NCBI RefSeq assembly: GCF_000315625.1
Contig: NW_005434618.1
Location: forward strand, 145,038 to 209,037
Reading direction: 5' to 3'
DNA from: Guillardia theta CCMP2712
Taxonomy: Eukaryota > Protista > Cryptophyta
Length of the DNA: 64,000 nt
Shown: positions 1 to 11,377 of the stretch, one piece after another
Layout: every line of letters begins with the position of its first letter
Position numbering within the stretch: position 1 is the first letter of the stretch
Program-made: the position numbers and the translations under genes
Notes under the pieces: generated by a model
Databases searched by the model: none
Told to the model about the DNA's origin: nothing
The model's input: only the letters and a program-made list of their open reading frames with translations

Positions 1-184
1 CGCGTTGAAGTTTCGGAGGACTATGCTCGTACCCCTTACATGTCGATGCGCTATCTCCGTCCATGATCGAGCTTTCCACCTGGCATCGCATCTCGGGAGT
101 CCATCTCCTCTCCGCTCCCCTGCATCATGCCAGCATCGACTCTGCCAGGCATTCCCTCCTCCATCTCAACGCTCGCAGGATCAT
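1..184 (-). CDS. possible 5' end of a gene running off the left edge (hypothetical)
   Basis: Minus-strand frame MILRALRWRRNAWQSR... stays open to position 1 and lies next to a GC-rich intergenic island; no recognisable motif. Confidence 0.25.
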
Positions 185-580
185 GTCTCCATATTTTCAG
201 TGTCCCGCATCGGACTCAGAAGAGTCCCGGGCCCTGCCCCGACCGGCCGCAGTGCCACGGTGCTTGACTTTGAATCCGGAGTCCGTAAGTTAAGTTACTT
301 CAGGTAAACTCTCAGTGTTCGGCAATCAGTACGAGGACAACAAGGCGAGTAGAGGAGGCTTGACCCTGACAGGCGGTTCACAGGCTGCCGCGGTCCCGGC
401 AGGTTGGTCAGAATCAGGCTGGTCTGGCACGCCGGGACACTGAGTCAATCAGCACTGCCAGCTGAATCATCAGATAACACGCAGATTGTAGTGGGCCACT
501 GAATCTTGAAAGATTCGAAACAATGGTGCTAATTTATTCACATGAAGGAGGATCATTGCGACGCTACTTGGGCGCTCCGA

Positions 581-2303
581 CTATGCAGGAGCCTTGGTGC
601 CATTGCCTGCAGAAAAATTTCGAATGGCCTCCTGGGCAGAAACACGAAAGTCAAGGCTGCACGCAGAAAGGGACTGATGAGAAGAACGAACCTTGATCGC
701 TAGCAACTCATCATGCAGTAACAAGAACTTGGTGTGTGTTTCCATCAATGACACCTAGACAAAAAAATTAGAAAGAAAACATGACTGTGCCGGTGATGAT
801 GAGATGATGAGATCTTCTTGAAATCCCAAAGTTTTGGAGCATCAACATCACCTTGAGGTTGTTAAACTTCTCAGTGATCTCTTTACGAAGCGCCTGTTTT
901 GACTTGTCCTTCGACCTACGGATTGTCACAGAGGTGAAATCATGAGCAAACAAAAACCAACTTTGACAGGTCAGCGGCCAAAGTCTCGAATTGTCTTTGC
1001 CAGTCATTCAACTTGATGTTTGTTTCTTCATATTTTGCGTACTTGTCTTTGTATCTGTCAGGCAGGTGTGAGCAAACACCGACAGGCAATGGAAGCTTGC
1101 GAACCTGGATTTCAATTCCTTCACTTCATCCTCAGAGTTCGCAACAATCGTGGTGGGTGCAAGGATCGAGAGCCGTGCTCGTATCTGTTGGTGGGTTCAA
1201 CAGTCATTCCGACGAAGAGGCCCGTGATAGGGTTCAGTCATTGTCCCACCAATCGACGGTCGTTCTCGCTGTACTCCGACCACCTGCGAGGACGACTGTC
1301 AGCCGCACAACTCATTGGCTGCTGTGAGACGGACCCGTCCACGTCGAGTTTCTTCAGATACTCAAGTTTCAACCTGAAGACAACGATAAATGATCACGTC
1401 GTCATCTTCTCAGCAGCAAGAGCGTACCTCCATTTCTTCTCGCCAGACGGCACGCTGACATAGTTGGCAACCTCGCTGCAAATATCTTTGAAAGTGACTT
1501 TCCCTGCTATCTCCTCTTCCTTCTTCAAACATCGGCGCTGTCAATTGGCGTCAAAACCTCCCATGTTTGTCAATCAAACACGAAAGAACCTTCAGCTCCT
1601 CATGGTCAACATCAGCAATACCAAGAGCATGCATGACCCGTTTGTGGACTTCCTCCTTGTCAACATCGACCTATCCAATCACAAGCACAGTCAACAACAA
1701 CACTGTCAGGCAAGCAAGGAGGCTCACTTTTGCTACGATTGTAGGGCTCGCTCTGCTAGAGCCTGACTGCTCTGCCTTCCCCACATCATCTACAATCTTT
1801 CGCTTCTTTCCGGCACTGCTGCAAGGATCGTGCTTGATTGCAGCTCTGGTCAACACTAATGAGAACATGAAAGATGAAAATGAAAATTCTCACCCTTGTT
1901 TCTTGCGCTGTTGCTCCTCTGCATTCGCCCTTTTAAGTTCTTCCTTCTCTGATTCCTTCAGCCCGCGTTCTCTCTGCAAAACAAGCCTGTCCGAGATGCC
2001 CAGTCTGTAACAAACCCCGTTGCTGGTTCGGACGCATTCCAACGTCCTCTTCTCTTCCTCTATACTGGGGGTTTGTAGCGTCCATTTGTTATTTCCCAGC
2101 TTGAGTATGCTGCGATCTCCTCTCCCCAAGGTAAACACTGCTTCTCCGCTTCCAAATTGAAGCTCCTGGAGAACCTCTTTGTTGAGCTTGACATGGAATA
2201 TTCTTTTCCCTTGATGAGCAGGATCCGAGGCCAACAGATGATGCGGTTTGGGCTCACCTCCTCCCGACCCTCCTTTCCCTTTCTCTCCGCCTCTGGCTGC
2301 CAT
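581..2303 (-). CDS. RNA polymerase II elongation factor ELL-like protein (multi-exon)
   Basis: N-terminal exon MAARGG...KRIFHVKLNKEVLQELQ...LECVRTSNGVCYRLGISDRLVLQR followed by a charged helix (EELKRANAEEQQRKK) resembles the ELL N-terminal domain. Later exons include KQALRKEITEKFNNLK, a helical occludin/ELL-like C-terminus. Last exon EAIRNFSAGNGTKAPA* has its stop at 581-583. Confidence 0.55.
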
Positions 2304-2986
2304 GGTTTTCAATCAGGTTTGAGATTTGCCTTCTTCCGAAATTCCGATTTGACGCTTCGGATCTGTTCAGCAGGAACCTTTTTGGCGTCAGGGTTCTCGT
2401 TTGAAGAGCTCTACTATCAGTCTCGCTCTGCAATATCTGCTTTATATCACACCCTCCCCCCGTGCCTCCGCCGCTTGCACTTACACCTAAACCCTCCCGC
2501 ACTTCGCAAAGAAACTGACTTGTAATTCTCCCGCCGGAAGTTTGGTCCCACACCTTTCTGTCTGGATCAAGTTGTTCTCCTTCAGTCTCTCAGTGTCACT
2601 CCTGCAGTTTCCATCCTCCTCCCCTCCCGCCTGTCCAACAAGCCTTCTCATTCATGGTTCGCCGCGTCGCCGGGGCCATTTCTGTGAACCGTTAGAACTT
2701 CCTCTTGGTTGTAACGATAATTACCCTACCGTACAAGATCCATCTCGCCGTGGTGAAATCGAAGGGGTACATCGCCCACTGCCGGTCAAACATGACTCAG
2801 CGAGGGTTGCACCTCCGGGCCCGGAGACTCGGGAGCGGCCTGGGCCAGGCCCCCGGGCCGGCACCGTCGGCACCGTCCGGGGCGCCGCCGGCTGTGCACG
2901 GGGCGGCGGCCCGGGGGGCCGGGGATCACTCTCAGTGTAAACCAACCATTGAACTGCAACTTGAAGGTCCTCTCCGAGTCCAAGTT

Positions 2987-3490
2987 GGGTTTCACATCCT
3001 AGCATACGGCAAGCAAAAACTGTCACAGTGTCTTGTTGTAACCTCATGAGGTCGATATGATTTCTGCGCCCGTGAATATGCGGCCCGGCCCGGCGGGGAC
3101 TGCCGCCCGGGACGCCGGTACGGTCACGGCGCCCGGCGGGGTGGCACCCGGGCCGGGGCCGGGCCCCCGGTCACGGGCCGCCAGCCGCGGGCGTACTAGT
3201 GACCTGAGTACCGCCGGGCGGCCGCGCCGTCCGGCGCCGCGCCCGGGCCGGGCTAGTCACCGTCGGCGTGCTGTCACCCAACGCGTCTGATGGATCGTAT
3301 GCGGCAGCCGTGCCAGCCTCAGATAGCGCCGAGTTAACAAAACTCTCCAGGCCATAGTCATCAGCCTGTGTAGCATGTGGGACGAAGCAGGGCCCGGGGG
3401 GCCGCCAGGCTTCCTAGCCGACGGTCTTGCCAGGCTAACCGGGCCGGGTCCTCTCATGTCTGGATGCTCGGGTTTCACATCCTAGCATAC
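2987..3490. repeat. direct repeat GGGTTTCACATCCTAGCATAC (2987-3007 and 3470-3490) inside a GC-rich intergenic island
   Basis: Exact 21-nt match; each copy is followed downstream by AGCAAAAACTG and TTGTTGTAAC. Confidence 0.8.
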
Positions 3491-4122
3491 AGTCTATCTC
3501 TCATGTCCGAGTGTCACTCAGTCCTCAATTCTGGTTTTCGTGTGCATTAAACTCGGTCGGGCAGACGGTCTTGAGCAAAAACTGCCGTCCGAAGTTGTTG
3601 TAACATGGCAACAGTACAAGTACTAATTTTTAACTTAACTTTGAGTGAAGAACTGAGTAGCTAGATGAAGGCCGGGGCACTGTCTCCGAGTCGGATGCCG
3701 GGCCTTTGAAGTTCAGTACAACAATTATTTCAAATATAAAAACAACTTCAATGGTACATCATCATGTACCCACTATTTCAATATCCAATATAGCGGTGGG
3801 GGGTACTTGATAGCATCCAAGATGGCTTCTATTTGTATTTCTTAGTGGAGTAGCTTGCGCGCGGGAACGAAGCAACAAAAAAGAACCGAGGGCGGGAAAG
3901 TTTGGCCCTTGCTATGCACAGCAGCGCGGTCTGCTTGTCGCTTCCCTAGAAGCCGCCGCTGCTGCCTCCCCCGATTTTCAGGACAGTAGTGATCTTCCTG
4001 CTGCTTCTTCTTCCCCCCTCAAGTTTTCTGGCGGGTTTTCTCAGATTGGTCACGCTCGATTCTTTGGAGCGAACGGAGTCCTACCACAGGGCAAGCAGGC
4101 AAGAGAAAGGCTGATTGCGCAG

Positions 4123-6212
4123 TTGACTCTTGCATTTTACCCTGCAAGAGACTTGAATAATATGAATAATATGTTACAGTTCAATCAGATCACTCTCAAA
4201 GACGCAATCTCTCAGTTGAAGGCTGCAACAGAGGTGACGATGGAAACGGTTGGTGTGCGATTTTCCAAGCGGGTAAGCACTGGCATTTACAGAGAAGGGC
4301 TTTCAAGACTCGATGGTAAACAATGTTTGACGCCACATCACAATGCTTGCTAACAATATGTTTGCAGGGACCGTCACGATTCAGCCGCCATCTGAAGACA
4401 GAGTCAGCATTTTCATCTCCCTTGTCGGTGGAAAGCAGGCGTGCCTGAAAGTCTTCAGCACAGGGAAGTTAAGATGTCTCAAATCCGATTTCCAATCATC
4501 CAGTGAAGCACAATACTACGCACAGTCTATCATTGATCGAATGGCCAACACCCGAAATTCTGGAATGCCTCCGATCAAACTGCAAGATGCTAAATTTCAC
4601 GAGAACTACAAAGATTTCACTTGGAGCACCCGACAGACCACAGATATTCGTAAATTGAGCAAAGCTTTGCAGGCTGCAGGCATCAAAGCAGAGAATGATA
4701 CCTCATTTGGAGACAGCGTGATGGTGGTCATTTCGCCTCCTGGAACAGATCGCCAAATCAAAGGTCAAGTCCTTGCTGATGGAACGATCCGTCTTGCAGG
4801 GTGCAGAGGTGATGCTGAATCAGCAGCCAGAGCAGTTGCTCTCTCGCTGAACATGTCGGGGTAAGTCAAACTCCCATTGGATGATGAATCACTTACTTGA
4901 GTCTCAGTTGCCTGCAAGGAGGAGCAGTAGATCTGACATCAATCAAATGTGAGGTTTGGCTTACCAAGAGGCACTTTCAAGCCTGCGGTGAAGAGAACGT
5001 GATCAACATTGATCGTCTTCATGAGATCCTCAATGATACTCGTCTTCGACGAACAGAGCATACCGTGTTGAATCAATGGATGAAGGCCAAAGGCGAAATT
5101 GATTTCGTGCGTCAAGTACAAAAAGTTGGAACTGTGTGCCCCCGTATCGAAGTGAAATTCCTACCGCTTACGATCGATGAATGGGAGGAACAGCGGAGAT
5201 GCAAGCCTGAACCAGTCTCGATCTCGATTCATCAAAAGGGGGAGGTGCAATTGGCTGGGAATGCTGAATACAAAGTCTTGCAAGCCTTCTGGTATATTTC
5301 AGACAAGATTGCAAAAGGAGGAGCCACGTTACTCTTGCCAAACTTATCCAAGAGCCGTGATTCTTCGAATGCATCCAACACAGGCCGAGGATCAAAGAGA
5401 AAACTGGAGGTAAATGTGGATGAAATCAAATCAACCGATCTAACATCGATGATTTCAGGTTGCGATTCCACCGGCCAGTGTAGATCAGGTAGGCAAGGCA
5501 CCAGTGTTGACTTCACCCAAGCCCACTCCAAAGGGGAAGAAAAAGTGTACAGAACCTTGTGCAGGACTGGTGACGCCTGCAACTGTTGCGAAGCACCAAC
5601 GAATCGAACCTGAAACAATATCCTTGGGAACACCGAACGTTTCTGCAGTCAAGAATGATCTCTTCAAAACCAATTACAAGGCTCATTGCAATATGGATAT
5701 GATACCTCTCAACCTCAAAGATGAGTTCCCAGAAGTATCATCAAAACCTTTCCCTACAAACGCTACTGAAATTCTTGCACAGTCTGAGAAGTAAGTGATT
5801 TTGTGAAGATTGGTATTGTTCTAATTTTCTTTTTAGTGTGTTTCACAATCGCCAGCTCGTCTATCTCTATTTGTTGCAAAACCTCTACAAAGATTCAGAC
5901 ATGGAAAATACTCTGACGAGTGCACATGCTCCTGTCGACGGAGAAATCGAAGTCAACCAGGAACCGTTGAGTCCGACAGACAGACCACCCCTTGATGAAA
6001 AGAGCTCTAATGGCAGAGAAACTCCAATATCTCCTACAAAGCTTCCAAGAAGTTTGAAACGATCAAAAGCTGATCCAAATTATGTCCTTCCAGCTTTGAA
6101 GTACGGATCGAAGACTCCAGAGGTAACGGAGCGCCTGAACTCCATTGAGCATATCAAGGCGTTCAAAGGACTCAAACCGGAATCTGTTCAAATTCATCCC
6201 ATCCCATCCTAA
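4123..6212 (+). CDS. divergent TATA-binding-protein (TBP)-fold protein with three TBP-like repeats and a low-complexity C-terminus (multi-exon; start uncertain)
   Basis: Segments ACLKVFSTGKLRCL, IKGQVLADGTIRLAGCRG.AESAARAV and VSISIHQKGEVQLAG...VLQAFWYI match the TBP half-repeat pattern (TALIFSSGKMVCTGAK...AARKY / LLIFVSGKVVLTGAK..IYEAF). ORFs 4123, 4343, 4897, 5504 and 5838 can be joined by short GT-AG introns. Confidence 0.6.
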
Positions 6213-6382
6213 TGGGGTTATGCCAGTTTGCCTTTGAATGTCAAGACCATGGAACTTGTTGTTCCTGGAGGATTGTTGTATTCCTAGATTTTCTTTAATG
6301 ACGTTTGGTGTAGTATTTTAAAGGTTGTAAATTATCTCACCTGGCCGTCATTTCATCGAGGTGTTTGTAACGAGTGCTGATC

Positions 6383-7066
6383 TTAAGAACACTTTCCTCC
6401 CTCTGTAGGAACAGCGTTGGGAATGTAGCCGTAGTCCTTGATCTGCAATCCGAGCACAACCACTCCCGCGAGCACTGCAAGAAATGCCAGACCTTCGGCA
6501 GCTCCGAGGATGCCGCCAGGACCTGAAAATGATCGTGAGACGGAGCTGATGTAGGTGGGAAGGCAAGTGGGCAGAAGCAGCTTTTAGCTATCTTTCACCT
6601 GGAGGGAGACCTTTGCCTGTCTTGACTTTGGTGTACAAGGAGTATGCAACCAGTCCGACGACCCACAGGTAACTCACTCCCTCCAAGGCTCCCAAGGCTC
6701 CTCCAGGGCCCGCTGGAAGGCCACAGCCAGTCGTCCTAGGATCCAAGATCAGTGAGAGTATTGATGAAGCAAAGGAAGAGAAAGACATCACTTCAATGTG
6801 TACTCGGACCACAGCATCACGGGGACGGCGGCAAGGCTGACTCCACCAAGGATTCCAGCTGTCTTGCTGTCCATCTCTCCCTCCTGAGCTCTTAGCGAGA
6901 GCAAGCTGCTACCGAAACTCCTTGAATGTGATGGTTTAGCGAGAGTTAGACTGGTCTGAGACATGCCGTTAGAAAGTGTATGGCACACCATTGGGGGTTG
7001 AAACGAGGAAATACCATACAGGTACTAGAAGCGATGGTGGACAGAGACAGAGACAGACAGACAGTC

Positions 7067-7161
<95 letters not shown>

Positions 7162-7273
7162 GACAGAGAATTACCTTGGATGAGTGAACCAGAACAGCAG
7201 GAGAGACGAATGACTCTGCCACTGCCAGCAGGCTCATGGCACATGCCGCTCCTACAAGCGCCTTGCACACCAT
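6383..7273 (-). CDS. small plastid-targeted membrane protein of a conserved algal/plant uncharacterised family
   Basis: Signal peptide MVCKALVGAACAMSLLAVAES-F (ASAF-like bipartite motif). Mature part WSEYTLK-TTGCGLPAGPGGALGALEGVSYL...TGKGLPPGPGGILGAAEGLAFL has an internally duplicated GLPxGPGGxLGAxEG motif; stop at 6383-6385. Confidence 0.8.
7041..7167. repeat. (AGAC)n microsatellite in intron 1 of the plastid protein gene
   Basis: About 28 near-perfect AGAC units visible. Confidence 0.95.
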
Positions 7274-7420
7274 TCTTAATTAACCCTTATATCAGATCTA
7301 GCTGACTTGCTAGGTGTTGCCAGCCTATAAGAGTTATGTTGCCGCGAATGATGGGAGAGACTGTCACGTCAAGTTCAGTGATGGCCAGTATGGCAGTCTA
7401 GACGAAGGGGTGCGGAGCGA

Positions 7421-7466
7421 AGAGAGAAGAGAGAGAGAAGAGAGAGAGAGAAGAGAGAGAGAAGAG
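7421..7466. repeat. GA-rich low-complexity tract
   Basis: agagagaagagagagagaag... between divergent genes. Confidence 0.8.
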
Positions 7467-7549
7467 GATGGAGCGAGGATCTTAAGAGAAGACCTGACTC
7501 GAGCATCGTGTGTGCTGGATCTACCAGGAGGGCACTAGCGGCAGTCGTT

Positions 7550-10425
7550 ATGGAGCATACGCTCTTCCTCTTGTCGTTCATTGTCTGCTCTGCGCTTCCT
7601 TGTACCACTGCATCAAGGACAAGAGGCAACCCGTTGGTCCAACCTGAGGTATGGCAGGATTTCCGTTCCGCATGCCCCGTCAGGTCATGCACAAGGACGC
7701 TAGTGCGACAAGGAAAGAAGCTCACGACAGACCTCAGCATGACCGTTCTCAATCGCAATTACGGGCCCTTGGAGTTGAACGTGCGATCGTACAACGGAAA
7801 CTTTCCTGGTCCAACGCTGTCCTTCGAGGCCGGCCCTGCCCCGACTCTCCCGACGATCCTCAGCGTGACGCTACTGAACAAGCTGGAGAAAACAACGAGC
7901 TCGACGACGGTGAAGAACAAGGTCGACGTCAGAGACTCGTTCGGCCTCATGGAGAAGACTATCACCGTTCAACGTGTGCCACAGGATGTGGCAGCCTGTG
8001 CTTACGTGGACGTGGGAACAGGAGCAGGCCGTGAGACGATGTATGTACAGAGGGTCGCGTCGACCGGCTCGTTGGACGTTGACAGGGGGACGCTAGGAAC
8101 AACCCCGAAAGTGCATGAGGTAGGCTCCAGAGTCATCACAAGCAACATGTCGCTGTGCGACTTCCCGAAGCAGGAGAACCACTCCAACTTCTACGTGTAT
8201 GGCATGGCAAACGTGACTGCGGAGCACGTCAGTTCGCTAGCGGAAGCACAAGGCAACCTGACGACGGACTATTTCTTCGACTTCGCACATCCCCGTGGAA
8301 CTTTCTTGTATCATCCGATGTGGATGGGATCTGCTGGCCTGCAGTCAGGAGGAGGGATGGCTGGCATGTTGGTAGTGAGAGACTCCGTGGGTGACGCTGA
8401 AACAGCTTTCCTCAATCTCCGCGAAGTCCACCTCCTCTTTCAGCAGCTATCGTACCGCAACCCCAGCGACACTGACGTGAACAGGTTCTACGATCACGGC
8501 TACCTGCAGGTTTGGTCCCGGAAGATGGATAGTTGACAAGTGCTAAGAGAGCTCTCTGCAGAAGTTCAACTATGATGAGTTGGTGACCAAGTGGAATGTC
8601 ACCTTCGACGCCAACGCCATCAACGATCCCGAATGGAACGATGCTGTATTAACCAACGGCCAGTTTGTTCCCAGCTTGACCTTACTTGCTGGGCAAGCAC
8701 GGTATTTCTACAGGGCTTTCCTTGTTTGGTCTTACCTTGGTCATTGTCCAGACGTGTGAGGATGGCAAACGCTTGCCCTGCTTCTGTACTTGAAATCAGC
8801 CTCGTCTGCAACTCTCCTTCATGCAGCAAGTGATCCCGTCACGCCTGCTCCTGCGTTTGTATTTGTCACGTTGTCTTACATGGCAACAGCGATGGCTGCA
8901 CAACTTTTCTCCTCGCCGTTGACTCTCTCTACATCAGAGACGGAAACAGTCCGCGGAAGGTAGGGATTTTGACCTTGACATCCTCTCAGCTTCTCTCGTC
9001 AGGTCAAGACGCATCTCAACGGTCAGCGAGTGACTCTCTTCCCCGGGACAAGGGCCGACCTTCTCATCCAGTCGACCTCTGATGCTTCTGTGTCTCTCAG
9101 TGATATGGCGGAATGCAGATGCACTACACAAGGGCAGTACGTCCTGAGGAGCCAGGCAGATCCAGCAAACGACCCGTTGCTGGTACTTTGACAGGCATTC
9201 ATGTTGCAATGGCGATGACGAACGTTGTCAAGGGAACGGGTGCAGTGAGAAAGCAGCAGGACCTTCTGGTTGTCAACATTCAATCTGGTGAGATCCTCGG
9301 CTTTTGTTTCCCAACCTCACGCTGACTCGCGCGATAGGAACTGGAGCTGCTGATCCGCTCCCAGCAATCATGCCCGTGATGCCGGATAGGTTCAACGTCA
9401 GCCTGGTGGAAGCGAAGGTCTGAGGATTGATCATCAATGTGAGGACTCCATGTCGAGGTGACTTGTTTCTCCTCCTCGTCCTCGTCCTTCAGGTTTCTGC
9501 AAGACAACTTGTACTTGTCGGTAGCAGCGGCTCAAGGATTCTTCGAACGGTTCCTCCAACTGACCCAGTCGCGATCACTGAGAGGAATCTTCCATGGTTG
9601 ACTATGAACGGTCAACTGCTCTCCGGCTCTCTTAGCTCGCTGCTACTAATGTCAGGCCGCGGCAGGCGACGTGCACCATGGAGGTCAAGTCAGACACTGC
9701 GTTGTCAAGGACTCGATCCAGGTACTCGTACTCTCGGTCTTCAGTCTAGCATCTAAATTCGTCCTCCCTTTCTGTCTACGCTACTCAAACACTCACCAGG
9801 AATGGGAGATCCAAGGAGTCGGCCAGGGATTCTTTACCTTCCACCTCCAGTCCAACTACTTCATGGTGAGATGGACGTGGTAGAGTCTTTCACAGTCTGA
9901 TACTCTTGCAAGATCCTCTCTAGTCCAGCTGGACAAGACGTGGGGAGCTGGAGGGACACCTACGCCGTCCAAGGAGGCTCTAAGGTTGTCATCCGCTTCA
10001 AAGCCACAAACATCAGCGGCAACTTCCTGTTCATGTCCTCCTTCCTCTCCAACGTGGACGTCGGGCAGGCAAGGAGGAGCGACCTGCTCGCTGTGCTGTG
10101 AGCTGTAGAGGACGCAGGCCGTGACAGTGGAGGTGCGAGACTCGTGCGATCAGTGCAAGCTGAATGTCAAGACCTTGGTCAACCAAAGTGAGATCGAGGG
10201 TGCGAAGTGCGGAGGGCTGACAAGCTTGTCCAGCTGTTGGTGCGCTGGTGCAGAACTACTCGGTGGGGTGTTGGCCCAAGTTCATCACACCTAGTGAGTG
10301 AAGCAGTGACGTCAGTCGTGACTGACTGACAAGCGACAGGTGACATAAACGCTGCTCCTCCTCGAGCTTCTTCAATGTTTCTCCTGATGTCAGCAGTCAT
10401 CGTTGCGTTACAACTATCCTTGTAG
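7550..10425 (+). CDS. secreted multicopper oxidase (cupredoxin x3)-like protein lacking most copper ligands; hydrophobic C-terminus
   Basis: Signal peptide MEHTLFLLSFIVCSALPC; motifs RSYNGNFPGPTL, HPRGTFLYHP..GMAGMLVV, TNGQFVP, RVRMANA, LFPGTRADLLI, QEWEI, WRDTYAV..VVIRFKA; C-terminus SSMFLLMSAVIVALQLSL*. Confidence 0.85.
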
Positions 10426-10569
10426 CGGAGTCAGTTGATTTCGACCAGTCTTATCGTTTATCCATGTTTCTTCTAGCTTAATGAAATCAGCGTCACACGT
10501 ATCCCTCAAGACACGCGGCAATAGACATCCCACAACCCTCCTCTCCTCTCAAACTTCATGTCGCTGCCT

Positions 10570-11343
10570 TTAGTCCATCTTGCGCTTGGCTGCTGCCAGC
10601 GCTGCGCGATGGCGCATAATGACCATCGGCACGCCGATAATCAAGCAAGCCACCGCTCCCATGACCATGTAGATCATGTCCTGGGTCGCTGGGTCCAAGG
10701 TTGAGATCCATCCGAAAGCTGGTCCAGGAGGTCCGTCGTGATGGTCATGATCAATGTTAAACTCTTGAGCCATCTGCAGACAATACAAGCATCACTAGAA
10801 GCGGAGGCAGCTGATGACAGTTTGCTTGTTGTGACGATTTCGGAGATGTAACAGAACGTGAAGATCCAGTGCATTTGAGCAGATGGATGTGAGAAACAAT
10901 ATATTATGTAATTGGGAGGATAGTAAGTGTTTGTCAGATTGCAAGCAGGATGAATACTCGAAGAAGAAAAGGAACTGAGAGCCCTAAAGTGTGGCAGGGA
11001 GAAACCATCAGCTTTCCATTAACAAACATTCAAGAAAGGAGACAAACAAGAAGGGGGGATGGGGTTGCGAAGTAGATGCAACGAAGGATCAAAGTGATTG
11101 AAGTAGGAGAAGCAGCAAGGCGACAATAGGTACAAGTAAGCATTGAGTAGAAGAGAGTTGAATATGATATATGATTAGGAGTGCAAGGAATGAGATGGAC
11201 ATACAAGGTAATCCAAGGGGGGAAGTTGAATTCACTCATAAAGTTGAAATTCACCGAGGGGGGGGGGGGGGGCACAGTCGAGTGATATAGAACGAGCGTG
11301 CAGGGGAAAGGATGCATAAACATCGAAAAGGAAGAGGAAGAGA

Positions 11344-11377
<34 letters not shown>

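Noticed and set aside
2542-3478. Pro/Gly/Arg-rich ORFs in GC islands (also 15733-15969 and 35850-36510)
   Set aside because: Expected by-product of very high GC; no domains or splice support
6976-7305. RQTD/CLSV-repeat ORFs
   Set aside because: Translations of the intronic (AGAC)n microsatellite
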